64,000 nucleotides of DNA from a virus (taxonomy: Duplodnaviria > Caudoviricetes): positions 24,336-88,335 of the IMG/VR virus record IMGVR_UViG_3300026766_000001; one strand, written 5' to 3'. Position numbers and translations under genes: made by a program. Each line of letters opens with the position of its first letter. The stretch's first letter is position 1. This document shows, piece by piece, positions 27,275 through 36,645 of the stretch. The notes beneath the pieces are model-generated. The model ran no database searches and was not told the origin of the DNA. It was given only the letters and a program-made list of their open reading frames with translations.

Positions 27275-27571
27275 TCAGCCCTCCGGGAACTCCGGATTGG
27301 CCTCGTTCCTGATTGCCATGGCGTAGGCATTAGACCCGACGTACTTCTGGGAGCGCTCCAAGAAGCGGTCGAGGGTCTGGAAGATGCCCAGGCTGATCTG
27401 GTCCTGGGTCAAGGCCTCGGGGATCTTCTCATCGGCGTCTCGGCGTGTCTTGCTGAAGATGCAGCCCGTGCAGTTGCAGCTGCCTGCGACGTTCGAGCCT
27501 CCCGGCTCTCGATCCGAGTACGAAGTACCCAGGTGGCGCAGCGTTTCGGTGGTCAAGATCAGTGCCTTCAT
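27275..27571 (-). CDS. Hypothetical protein with CxCxxC motif
   Basis: GSCNCTGCIF. Confidence 0.5.
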   Translation of the reverse strand: MKALILTTETLRHLGTSYSDREPGGSNVAGSCNCTGCIFSKTRRDADEKIPEALTQDQISLGIFQTLDRFLERSQKYVGSNAYAMAIRNEANPEFPEG

Positions 27572-27691
27572 TTGCTTGCCTCACTTTGAAAGACGATAGT
27601 GGACAGGTGGACGTTGCGAAGCGGGCGGGCCAGGGCTCGCGCGGCTTCGATGGCTACGGCGGTGGCCATCAGCCCGCTCCCGCCGCTCGCT

Positions 27692-27868
27692 TCAGCGCAG
27701 CAAGATCGCGAGCAGGCCGAGGGCGGCGATGCCGGTCTTCACTCTCCGCAGCGCCTCCATGGCGCCCCTGGTGGCTGGCGCGACCCCGTTCTTCTCCTCC
27801 TTCCACTCCGCGATTTCCTTGGAGATCACCTTCAACGCCTCCGTCTTCGAGATCATTTTCTTGGCCAC
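27692..27868 (-). CDS. 58-aa hypothetical protein (not in ORF track)
   Basis: SD AAAGGAGG before GTG; MAKKMISKTEALKVI... Confidence 0.5.
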   Translation of the reverse strand: MAKKMISKTEALKVISKEIAEWKEEKNGVAPATRGAMEALRRVKTGIAALGLLAILLR

Positions 27869-27898
27869 GTGTCCTCCTTTCGGGAGATTCGCTCAAGT

Positions 27899-28212
27899 CG
27901 AGCAGCGGAACGGCTCTACTCCAAAACGCCTTGCCGCACGGACTCCTCGGGACCCTTTGCCGAGTTTTCGCTGTCGGCCACAGCCTTGGCTTCACGCCAG
28001 CCCACCTGCCGTACGAGAGTTCTCCGGGAATGCTTACGCCCGACCGTGGGTCAATCTGGTCATCGGATTGACCAGCGGGGCACGGACCGTTGAACGCCTA
28101 TGGCGTTTTCTAGCCTGCCGTTCGCGCTTTCCCGGGTTCTCGTGACGACGACTTGCGCTCATGCGTGCCGTTACCTCATCCAGCTACTCAACCGCGTCCG
28201 TTCCGCTGCTCG
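27899..28212. ncRNA. Candidate large structured non-coding RNA (probably minus strand)
   Basis: Intergenic; perfect 15-bp terminal pairing plus at least six internal stems (see findings). Confidence 0.6.
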
Positions 28213-28222
28213 CTTCAACAAA

Positions 28223-28528
28223 TCACCCAATCTCGCCGCTCCTGATCCGGGCGGCCAGGGCGCGGACCAAAGCCTTCGGGCACCGGGAGTCGTGCTCGCT
28301 CACCACGGATTGGTAATGACCGGCCGAGCGGTAGACGGCCCTGCTGTTCTTCAGCTCGTCGCAGGCGCACTCCTGCTCGCGGCGCGCCGCCTCGATCCCG
28401 GCGGCGATGGACTCGCGGAGGGCGGTCCGACCGGCGTCCCAGACCTCTTCCGCCAGATTGATCCGACGCGCGTCAACGTCCGGATATAGAGGGGCGCGCT
28501 TGCGATCCCACCAGTCCTCGAAGGTCAT
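28223..28528 (-). CDS. Hypothetical protein with CxC...GHYQ...EHD.RCP motif
   Basis: Paralog of 29011-29370. Confidence 0.6.
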   Translation of the reverse strand: MTFEDWWDRKRAPLYPDVDARRINLAEEVWDAGRTALRESIAAGIEAARREQECACDELKNSRAVYRSAGHYQSVVSEHDSRCPKALVRALAARIRSGEIG

Positions 28529-28755
28529 GGTTTCACCCCCAGCCGGGCGAGCAGGGCTTCCAGGGCGACGGCGGCTCCCTGCTGAATGCCCGCTTCGTAG
28601 ACGCTTGAAGTTTTTCGCTCCCGCTCCGTCCTGATCCGCCTGCGGACGGCGGCTACGACCTCGGAGCGGTCTAGGAACTCGCCATCGAGCCGCGACTCAA
28701 GCTCCCCGCCGAGTTCGCCGTAAACAACGCTGTACCGCTTCAGCAGCTTCGCCAT
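28525..28755 (-). CDS. Hypothetical protein
   Basis: 76 aa, coupled. Confidence 0.55.
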   Translation of the reverse strand: MAKLLKRYSVVYGELGGELESRLDGEFLDRSEVVAAVRRRIRTERERKTSSVYEAGIQQGAAVALEALLARLGVKP

Positions 28756-28952
28756 CAGCCGGCCCTCCGCTCGAAGTCGCCGCCTTCGATCATGTCGGCT
28801 GCGTAGTACAGCTCTTCCGCGATCGTCCGACTGCCGTCTACCTCGCGGGCTCGCTGTCGCAGTCCTGCAGCGATGACCTGGCGTAGCTCGGCCTTAGCTC
28901 GTTCCCGTGCCTTCCATCCCTTGCTTCCCGGTTGCGGTATCGGACTTGCCAT
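28755..28952 (-). CDS. Hypothetical protein, leaderless
   Basis: ATG lies 6 nt after the -10 of TTGACA-18-TAGCAT (28988-28959). Confidence 0.55.
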   Translation of the reverse strand: MASPIPQPGSKGWKARERAKAELRQVIAAGLRQRAREVDGSRTIAEELYYAADMIEGGDFERRAG

Positions 28953-29010
28953 GCACCTATGCTAGACTAGGTTCGGAGCGGCTGTCAACCTCTTCGAAAG
29001 GAGACGTGCG

Positions 29011-29370
29011 ATGCTTACTGGATCAGCGGTCTTGAAGGAGAAGGAGGACGCCGAGCGGCGCGGCAACCGGCAGGGATACGGCGCGGGCGCCGCTGCCGAG
29101 CGCGCCGCCTGTGCCAAGTTGGTCCGGGCGGCGGGGTGCATCTGCTCCAAGCTCAGCGGCTCCAAGGCCCGATACCGGCCCTTTGGGCATTACCAGGTCG
29201 CGCTCGAAGAACATGATCCGCGGTGCCCCAAAGCCCTCGCCAAGGCAATCGAGGCCCGCGGGAAGCTGCCGGCGGAGGCCGGCGCGGGGGCTGAGCCCGC
29301 CCTCCCTGACCCAGAGGGCGCTCTGCGCCTGTTCAAGTCGGCCGGCGAGGAGGTGGACCGTGAGTCGTGA
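29011..29370 (+). CDS. Hypothetical protein with CxC...GHYQ...EHD.RCP motif
   Basis: Paralog of 28223-28528. Confidence 0.6.
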   Translation: MLTGSAVLKEKEDAERRGNRQGYGAGAAAERAACAKLVRAAGCICSKLSGSKARYRPFGHYQVALEEHDPRCPKALAKAIEARGKLPAEAGAGAEPALPDPEGALRLFKSAGEEVDRES

Positions 29371-29581
29371 CCCGCACGCTGGTGATTTCGTGCCGCCAAT
29401 GACGAGCGAGTACGTCTACATGAAGATGGGGGCGGACGAGGAACGCGCCCGCATCCGCCGGGAGTTGCTGGCGGCTGTCGAGAAGTCGGCCTGGTCCACC
29501 GCTGCGGGCGCTATCGTCGTAGACCTTGCCGACGTTCTGGCCGCCATCGATCGCGTCTGCCCGGAGGTGCCCAATGGCTAA
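29360..29581 (+). CDS. Small hypothetical protein
   Basis: SD GAGGAGG; overlaps neighbours. Confidence 0.5.
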   Translation: MSRDPHAGDFVPPMTSEYVYMKMGADEERARIRRELLAAVEKSAWSTAAGAIVVDLADVLAAIDRVCPEVPNG

Positions 29582-30425
29582 CGGACCGGAAAGAATTTTC
29601 ACTGCGGCCCTTCGCCGTGCGGTAGAGGGGCAGAAGGTCGAACGCGTCGAGCTCGGGGCGGGCCTGCGGACGGCCAATAGGATTTCTTTGGCGGCCGTCG
29701 TGAACTACGCGGCGGAGCCAAAGGGCCGGGGCCGAGACAATGCACTGGCCTGGGTGGAAAAGGAGGCTGGTCGATATTGGGGCGCCGAAACAATGACCAG
29801 CTCGCATTGCTCGTGGCACCTGACCGCAGGCGATGCCCTGCTCCTGCTCGCCTACCGAGCGGGTGACAGCGGCGTCTTAGGGGCGGCGAAAGCCCACGTG
29901 GCCCGGGGGCTGGCCCTGGACCGTCCACACGCGACGCCCGACGGGCGGATCGTGGAGCCCGGCGCCCGGTGCTTCCTGGTCGCGGGCTCCTCGCCGCCGG
30001 TAGCGATGGCTGACCAGCGCGAGGTCCGTAACCGCCGCTGGCAGGCGTGGCAGGGTGCCAAGCCGCGGCTGCCTCGCAATCTCGCTGCCCTGGACTGGAC
30101 GCCGCTCTGGCTCTGGTCGTTCCTTGCCCACGAGAAGGGCCTGGTGGCCGACGTGCTTACCCTGTCCAAGAGCATTCCCCCGCCCAGCCTTGCCTCTCCG
30201 GTGACTGTCTGGCGCGCGGGGCAGCACCACGTATCGGCCTTCACCGAGCCGGTGCGGGAACACCTTCTGCGGCTCGCCTATTGGGCTGCTGAGATCGGCG
30301 GCATAGAGTCCTACGGCTGCAACTCGGACTGGCCAAAGGGGCTCGGCTCAACGTCTACGTACCCAGCCGACATGCCGGCGATGCCGAGTATCTCCGGCTT
30401 TACCCAGGTCGCCGAGATCCGGTGA
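29574..30425 (+). CDS. Hypothetical protein, 283 aa
   Basis: SD GGAGG before ATG 29574; Trp-rich globular-looking sequence. Confidence 0.6.
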   Translation: MANGPERIFTAALRRAVEGQKVERVELGAGLRTANRISLAAVVNYAAEPKGRGRDNALAWVEKEAGRYWGAETMTSSHCSWHLTAGDALLLLAYRAGDSGVLGAAKAHVARGLALDRPHATPDGRIVEPGARCFLVAGSSPPVAMADQREVRNRRWQAWQGAKPRLPRNLAALDWTPLWLWSFLAHEKGLVADVLTLSKSIPPPSLASPVTVWRAGQHHVSAFTEPVREHLLRLAYWAAEIGGIESYGCNSDWPKGLGSTSTYPADMPAMPSISGFTQVAEIR

Positions 30426-30858
30426 GCGCTTCCACCGCCCGCTCGCCTATCCAGCGGCCATACGCCGGCGGGATCGCCTGCGAAAGGTACTTCATCGGCA
30501 TCCAGTCAATTCCCATCGCGGCACGGGCGTCCTCGACGCTAAAGGTCTCCCGCCCCGCAGCTCTTTCCTTCGCCTCCGGATTGGCGCCAGCGATCGTGAG
30601 CGTCTGGCGCCGTTTGAGTTTCCGTGGCGGTGTCATCATCCCGCCAGACATCACCGTGTGGTAGCTGTGGCCTGTGATGCTCAGAGCCTTCCGTTCGCGC
30701 CATCGGGCTTTCCCGCCGACGCCCATGCCGGTCCCGGTAACGCTCGTTGACTCTGGCGCATAGCCGTGCTGGCAGGCCGGGCGCAAGGCGATCGACCAGC
30801 TCGTCTCGAAGAGCCTGTGCCGGCGAATCTCGGCGCGCCCGTCCGGCGTCTTCCAGGG
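30400..30858 (-). pseudogene. C-terminal half of a C5-cytosine methyltransferase
   Basis: EIRRHRLFETS and DARAAMGIDWM....LSQAIPPAY.RWIG present; motifs I, IV and VI absent. Confidence 0.65.
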
Positions 30859-31007
30859 CGGCCTCGGGCGCCTCGACAAAGTCGCTGTGCTCGGAGCAGA
30901 GGTAACGGATGCAGAGCCCGCCGAGTGGCTCTCGGAGAAGCAGCCGCCGGGCTGCCCGTCCGCACTCCTGCTCGGTGGCCGGGTCCCAGAAGCCGCAGCC
31001 CCCCCCC

Positions 31008-32639
31008 TCACGGCACTCCGGACTCAACCGCTGCACCGGCATTGCCGGGCAGAGACCGTTCCCTTTCGATCTGGTCCTCACACCACATGACCTCGTATTT
31101 TTGGTCGAAGTCGTCTCCGACGTCACCGGCGCGCACCCTCTCGGCTTGGTAGCTCTTGGGGCTCATCTTTCCAGCCAGGAAGAGCGTGGTGCTCCTGTCC
31201 ATGGCCGTAGACGGCAATCCAAAGTCGTGAGGGATCGAGACGATGCCCCGCTTGGGCAGCCCCCCCAAGAGCGCCATCAATTCAAGGATCTTCTGCCAGG
31301 CGCGTTCCTGGAAGATCACCAACATTTCCAGGAACGAGCTGGCGTGGACGCCCTGGAGAGTGATCTCGCGAGCGGTAACCGGCGAGTCCGGCCGGTCCAC
31401 GAAGATCTGGTGGTGAGCGTCGCGGATGGCACCGATTTTCCAGTCGATGAGATCTTTGATGGTCTTGACGGCTGACCCCGATATCTCGTGGATTTGCAGG
31501 GTGGCGGCGGGATCGTTGGAGATCCACAGCCGACCCATCCTGGAATCGGGCAAGGTGGGCTTTTTCGTCGTCGGATCGAGAGGTGCCCCCGTCCAACTCA
31601 CGTGGGTCAGGGCCGCCTCCCGGGCCAGCCCCAGGATCTCGGAGTTCATGATCCAGATGGAATTCTGTGTATGCGCGGTCTCGAGAAACGGGCACTCGCC
31701 CCGCCAGGGCCCGACGCGCCGGCCGTAGTGCGGCACGAGAGGGATCTCGAATAGCTCGTCTGATGGGTTGTCCGGGACGATAAAACTTCGGCGGGACTCA
31801 TCCTCCACCCATTCGTCCTCGTCGTCCTGTCGATAGATCTGCGTCCGCACAAGCCGCGCCTGCGCCTCCCACGGGGCTGCGTCGGTCAGCTTTGGCGCCT
31901 GTGGATCGCCAGCAGTTACCACTTTGTAAACCACGGAGGATTCCTCCTCCCAGGCGTTGGGGTCGCGGATGTCCAATGCCTGCTCCGGCTGCTTGAAGGC
32001 GATCTGGAGCAGCCTGGGCAAGCCGTCGGCTCCGTACTGCCAGATGATTCGCCCCATGTCCTCGCGGTCCAGGGAGACCACTCGCGGCCGCGCGCGCGCC
32101 AACTGCCGGCTGGCGACGTCCGGGAAGCTGCGCGGGTCGTTGTCGACGAAGCTGAACGCGATCCCCTCGAACAGAGAATCCTCGAAACGCTCGTGGGCGT
32201 ATTGGTCGAGGCTCGCGCCGCGACCGTCAACGTCGTCCACCCATCCCGGAGTCCTCGCCACCTCTTCACCGTCCCCGGACTTCGCCTCCTCCCCCACCAG
32301 TTCGACGTCCCATCCCTGATAGTCGATCCGACTCCGAAACGGGAGCCGCGCCATGTCCTCTATCGACTCCTTCCATGGGTTTGGAAGGTCGGACCTGTTG
32401 ATCCGGCGGCTGTAGATCGTGTCGAGGTTGCCGAGAGCGGTCCCGAGCGTGCCGAGAGTGCCTGGCTGGCTCACCAGCTCGAGCTCGCCCGGGTTGGGGT
32501 AGTTGTACTTCCCCTGGAAGGCCAGTTTCCGCATGCGTGAGACGCCGGCGCGCAGGGCGCAGGCCAGCTCGTGGCGGTCATCGTCCTCCTGCAGCCACTT
32601 CTGCCGGGTTGCGACGCTGTTGCCCTTCTCGTTCGCCAT
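31008..32639 (-). CDS. Portal protein (DUF4055-like)
   Basis: 543 aa; Y..R..R..L.NPW......LPF; EIPLVP; downstream of terL. Confidence 0.85.
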   Translation of the reverse strand: MANEKGNSVATRQKWLQEDDDRHELACALRAGVSRMRKLAFQGKYNYPNPGELELVSQPGTLGTLGTALGNLDTIYSRRINRSDLPNPWKESIEDMARLPFRSRIDYQGWDVELVGEEAKSGDGEEVARTPGWVDDVDGRGASLDQYAHERFEDSLFEGIAFSFVDNDPRSFPDVASRQLARARPRVVSLDREDMGRIIWQYGADGLPRLLQIAFKQPEQALDIRDPNAWEEESSVVYKVVTAGDPQAPKLTDAAPWEAQARLVRTQIYRQDDEDEWVEDESRRSFIVPDNPSDELFEIPLVPHYGRRVGPWRGECPFLETAHTQNSIWIMNSEILGLAREAALTHVSWTGAPLDPTTKKPTLPDSRMGRLWISNDPAATLQIHEISGSAVKTIKDLIDWKIGAIRDAHHQIFVDRPDSPVTAREITLQGVHASSFLEMLVIFQERAWQKILELMALLGGLPKRGIVSIPHDFGLPSTAMDRSTTLFLAGKMSPKSYQAERVRAGDVGDDFDQKYEVMWCEDQIERERSLPGNAGAAVESGVP

Positions 32640-32707
32640 GGCCTTATCCCTCCGTGGGGATATAGCTTACCACCGGTCTTCCTGCTCGCCACCTGTTTCG
32701 GTGCCGG

Positions 32708-35398
32708 CTACCCGGGAAGATCCCCGTTCGCCTCTTCCGCGTCCAGCAGGTCGAATAGCGTCGGCGTGGCCGCCTCCTTCTCTGCGCGGTCGACGTAGAA
32801 GACCATGTCCCCGAAATACCTGCCAGAGAGCTCGCTCGCGACAGCTCGCCGCCTCATTTTGATCGCCATGTAAGGAACGGTGCCGATGCCGGCGAAGGGG
32901 TCGAGCACCACGTCTCCCTCGTTGGTGAACTGCCGAATCAGCCGCTCGACGATATCGAACTGCAGGGGGCACAGATGCATCTCGCGTCCCTTCTGCGCTT
33001 GGACCATGTTGAGGGTCCGCATCCTAGCCACGTTGGTCCAGACGTCCGGATGCCAGCTGTGGGGCGGCAGAAGCATGAAGGTGGCCGGCAAGCGCTCCAT
33101 GTGGTCCAGGTCTTCGCCGATCGCTTGGTGTGCCTCAAAATTGTAGACGACCTCCAGCGATCGGTCCCGCCACAGTTTGTAGAGCGTGGCATGGGGCAGC
33201 TCGCGCAACTCGTCGGATGAAAGCAATCGGTCGCCGGAGCTGCGCGCGAAACCGTGGGCATCCAACTGCCACCGCCACCGCGAGTAACCAGTTCCGGGGA
33301 TCGGCTTGCGCCAATTCTTCTTGGAATCGAACGGCGCTGGCTTGCCGTGATCGTCGCACAGCGGTTTGTCTTTCACGACGGGAATATCCGCGTATCCGTT
33401 GCTCCGGTCGGTTGGTGGTTTCCGGAAGAGGAGCACGTACTCGGGAGCGCCGCACCCCATGCGACTCCCGTCCTTGCATTGCTCACTCCATCCCAATCGG
33501 TAGGTTTGATTATTCTCCCGCACAACGTCCGTCACGACCGTCTTCCTCGCGAGAAATCCGAAGCCGCGCCGTTCGAAGAACTCGGCGCACTGGTCGCTGA
33601 AGCGAGAAAGGGTCTGAAACCCATACCCGTTCATTCCGCCCGGCGTGATGCGATCCTTACAATGAATCGCCATCACTCTACCAGGCTGAAGGACCCGCAA
33701 CAACTCTGGCGCGAGAAACTCCATCTGTCTCCAAAAGTGCTCATCGTTGTCGGTGTGCCCAAAATCTTCCACGGCCGGCGTGTATTCGTACTGAGTGCTA
33801 AACGGAATACTGGTGACAATCATCCCGGCGCTGTCCGATTCCAGGCTTCGCGCTTCCAGAATGCAGTCGTTGTTCACCAATCGGGAGTGCTCGGTCACGA
33901 CCTCCGTCCTTACCACGCCGCGAGTCCGCGCCAATGCACCGGCCGCGAGGTCGCGATTGAACCCGAACTCCCGGATGATTTCCGTCATCTTGCCGACCAA
34001 TTCGATGTGTCGTTGCCACTTCCCTTCCAGCACCTTGCGAACTTGGCGCTCGGCTTCGGTGTAGATGAGATCGATCTTGACAGGCCGATCCTGAAGGTAA
34101 CGCTGTACACGGTGAATCGCCTGGATAAAGTCGTGGAACTTGAAGCCGATTCCCAAGAATATCGCCCAGCGGCAGTATCGTTGGAAGTTGCACCCGGAAC
34201 CAGCTAGCACCGGTTTGGCGGCCAGCTCCGTGGCCCGCCCCTCAGAGAAGTCGATAATGCACCGCTCCCTCTCCTCGAGGCCCTGGGAGCCGTAGACGGT
34301 CAGTGCGGTCGGAATCGCGACCTCGATCGCCTTGCGCTCGTCTTCAAGGTCGTGCCAGAGCAGTCTGTGCTCCTCCGGCGCTTCCGCGCGGAGCTCCATC
34401 ATCTTCTCAATCCGGCGGTCCAAGCTCCTGCGTTTCTCGGCCGCGGCGTCCTGCACTCCAATCGCGGCGTTGCGGAACATCCTGGCCTGGCCATCACGAT
34501 CCGAACCGGCACCGTCGTGGTCGGTTGGGATCTCATGCCAGCGGACCTCCATCGGAGGCAACTCGTACCCCTCGTCCGAGAATCCGAGGTCGCTCGGCTT
34601 CTGGAGGAAAATGGCCCAGCTGTTCATCCAGAGCCAAAACTCGCGCTCCTTGTGGGGATGGAGGGTCAGCTTATCGGCCTGCGTACTGCTGCGCTTGAAA
34701 AAACGCGTCTTGGCACCCCCCACGTCCATGATTTCCAGGAACGCAGCGTAAGCGAGAAGCTCGATGTACTCATTGGGAGAAGGCGTAGCCGTGGCCACGA
34801 AGCGGAATCGGATCTTCTGGTTGCCCTCGAAGAGTCGCATGAACTCCCGAAACACTTTCGTGCCACCGAAGCCGCGCAGGCAGCCGGCCTCATCCAAGGA
34901 AACCCCGTCGAAGAGGTTCGGATCAAGGCGGCCATCGCGAATAGATTCGTAGTTCGTAACGTAGATCCGCTGATTGCGCGGCTCGACTTCGAGACTCGGC
35001 AACTCGGCTTGCAGGACCTCTTCGGTCCTGCGGACGAAAGTGATTTGCGTCCCGACCATGGCCGCGTCGCGCTTGAACTCCTGTCGCACGCCGAGCGGCG
35101 CGACGATCAGACAACGGCCGGACCCGAGGTGCTTCAAGACGAGTCGCAGGATCTCGAGCTGTTGGACGCCCTTACCGAGCCCGAAGCTCTCGAACAACGC
35201 GCGGCGGCCACCCGCCACGGCCCACCGGACCACGGCACGTTGATGGGGAAGGAGGATGGGGTGAATCTCGTCGTCCGCAACCTCGAACCCCTGGCGGGTG
35301 CTCATGACGCCCTTGGCGTCGAGGAATGCTTCGTAGGGGTCAACGGCCTGTTCGGGTTGGACGGACTCAGACTCTTCGTTTATGCTGGTGCCAGCCAA
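32708..35398 (-). CDS. SF2 helicase - N4/N6 DNA methyltransferase fusion
   Basis: FGLGKG, LDEAG, TATPSPN, QAIHRVQRY; MTase IVTSIPF and VLDPFAGIGT. TTG start after AGGAGG. Confidence 0.9.
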   Translation of the reverse strand: MAGTSINEESESVQPEQAVDPYEAFLDAKGVMSTRQGFEVADDEIHPILLPHQRAVVRWAVAGGRRALFESFGLGKGVQQLEILRLVLKHLGSGRCLIVAPLGVRQEFKRDAAMVGTQITFVRRTEEVLQAELPSLEVEPRNQRIYVTNYESIRDGRLDPNLFDGVSLDEAGCLRGFGGTKVFREFMRLFEGNQKIRFRFVATATPSPNEYIELLAYAAFLEIMDVGGAKTRFFKRSSTQADKLTLHPHKEREFWLWMNSWAIFLQKPSDLGFSDEGYELPPMEVRWHEIPTDHDGAGSDRDGQARMFRNAAIGVQDAAAEKRRSLDRRIEKMMELRAEAPEEHRLLWHDLEDERKAIEVAIPTALTVYGSQGLEERERCIIDFSEGRATELAAKPVLAGSGCNFQRYCRWAIFLGIGFKFHDFIQAIHRVQRYLQDRPVKIDLIYTEAERQVRKVLEGKWQRHIELVGKMTEIIREFGFNRDLAAGALARTRGVVRTEVVTEHSRLVNNDCILEARSLESDSAGMIVTSIPFSTQYEYTPAVEDFGHTDNDEHFWRQMEFLAPELLRVLQPGRVMAIHCKDRITPGGMNGYGFQTLSRFSDQCAEFFERRGFGFLARKTVVTDVVRENNQTYRLGWSEQCKDGSRMGCGAPEYVLLFRKPPTDRSNGYADIPVVKDKPLCDDHGKPAPFDSKKNWRKPIPGTGYSRWRWQLDAHGFARSSGDRLLSSDELRELPHATLYKLWRDRSLEVVYNFEAHQAIGEDLDHMERLPATFMLLPPHSWHPDVWTNVARMRTLNMVQAQKGREMHLCPLQFDIVERLIRQFTNEGDVVLDPFAGIGTVPYMAIKMRRRAVASELSGRYFGDMVFYVDRAEKEAATPTLFDLLDAEEANGDLPG

Positions 35399-35793
35399 GG
35401 GATGACCTCCTGTTTAGGCTCCTGCGGTTAGACCGGCCGGGCGTCGCAAGCGTCCGGCCTCGTCGTATTTGAGAATAGCACCAGAAAACCTACAACACCA
35501 CCCCTCAGTCACTCCGGGATCTCCATCTGCTCTCGAACCCGTCGCAGCGGCTGCTCGATCTCGCAGGCGCCCAGGAAGGCGTAGGCCACCGCTTGCCGGA
35601 ACGCTTCCTGCGTGAGCGCCGGCATCGACGTCGAGTCAGGAGTCATCCAACTGGCGCGGATGGCGATTTGAGCAGTAGGGATCAACTCTGCGGTGATTCG
35701 GATCAGCCGGAGACTCGACGTCGCTGAGGAGACTTGGCGACATCGTCACCCTCCGGAGCAGGCGCGCGGTCAAAGAGTCACTCGCGGAGCGGC

Positions 35794-36000
35794 TCACGCC
35801 GAGGCCTTCTTTCCGTTACCATCGTAGCCGCAGATAGCGTCAAGGGCGCTACAGTGATACGCGACCAAGGGGTCAGTCGCCGCGATGTCTAGGAGTCGTT
35901 CGCGCGTGCCCTCCCACTGCGACGCGAGGATGGAGATCTGGCCCGCCAGGTAAGCGGCGGATGCCGCGCCTCCCTTCGTGGCCTGCGCCTTCCGTGGCAT
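35794..36000 (-). CDS. Small hypothetical protein
   Basis: SD GGAGGTG; MPRKAQATK... Confidence 0.5.
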   Translation of the reverse strand: MPRKAQATKGGAASAAYLAGQISILASQWEGTRERLLDIAATDPLVAYHCSALDAICGYDGNGKKASA

Positions 36001-36084
36001 TTTCACCTCCATGAAAGAGAGGGGCGACGTTGCCGGCAAACGCGTCTGGCGACGTCGCCCCCGCATTGCGGGATCCCCTGGCCC

Positions 36085-36609
36085 CTAGGAGTTGTCGCCG
36101 GCGAAGGTGGTCTCCCCGGTCGCGGGGGTGGTCTCCGTCTCGGTCGGTGGTGGCGGAGCCGGCGGTGGCGCATTGGCCGCGTCCAGAGCGGACTGCAGGG
36201 CCGTCTTGGCGGCGGCCAGGGTCGCCTGGTCGGCGTCCATGCCATCCGACAGGGCGTTGAGGGGCGAAAGGTCGTTCTGGGCCAGAGCCTCCGCGACGGC
36301 CGCCTTGACGCGGTCGGGAAGCGTGCTCAGCGTGTCCACGGCCGTCTGGACCGTCGCCAGAAAGTCGGCGATGGCCGCGTGCGATTCGCCGCTCTCGCGG
36401 ACGAAGCGATCCAGGGTCTCTTTGGTGTCCATTAGGATTGTCTCTCCTCGGGCAAAGCCCTCTCGAAGAAGTTGTTCGATGCGACGGAGGGACTCTGCCT
36501 GTGCGGCGTCCCCTCCGCCCGTTTCGTGTCCGCGGTGCCTCAACTCTTCGCGCAGCTCGTGCTTGACGTGCTCCGCGATGCGCCCCGCAAGGTCTTGAAA
36601 ATTCGGCAC
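36085..36609 (-). CDS. Ala-rich helical protein with Pro/Thr tail
   Basis: SD GGAG; amphipathic coiled segments. Confidence 0.6.
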   Translation of the reverse strand: MPNFQDLAGRIAEHVKHELREELRHRGHETGGGDAAQAESLRRIEQLLREGFARGETILMDTKETLDRFVRESGESHAAIADFLATVQTAVDTLSTLPDRVKAAVAEALAQNDLSPLNALSDGMDADQATLAAAKTALQSALDAANAPPPAPPPPTETETTPATGETTFAGDNS

Positions 36610-36645
36610 GGCCTGCTCCTTTCCTCCTTTCGCCGGTGCGCGTCG

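Noticed and set aside
28165-28190. Hammerhead-like CUGGAUGAG on the minus strand of the ncRNA candidate
   Set aside because: It has an extra G relative to CUGAUGA and no correctly placed GAAA after a stem II.
27899-28212. RNase P or tmRNA identity (contains AGAACCCGG)
   Set aside because: No GAGGAAAGUCC P4 strand, no tRNA-like ends and no tag ORF.
35510-35745. Possible frameshifted small gene upstream of the helicase-MTase
   Set aside because: The SD-led start and the plausible C-terminus are in different frames and there is no recognisable motif.
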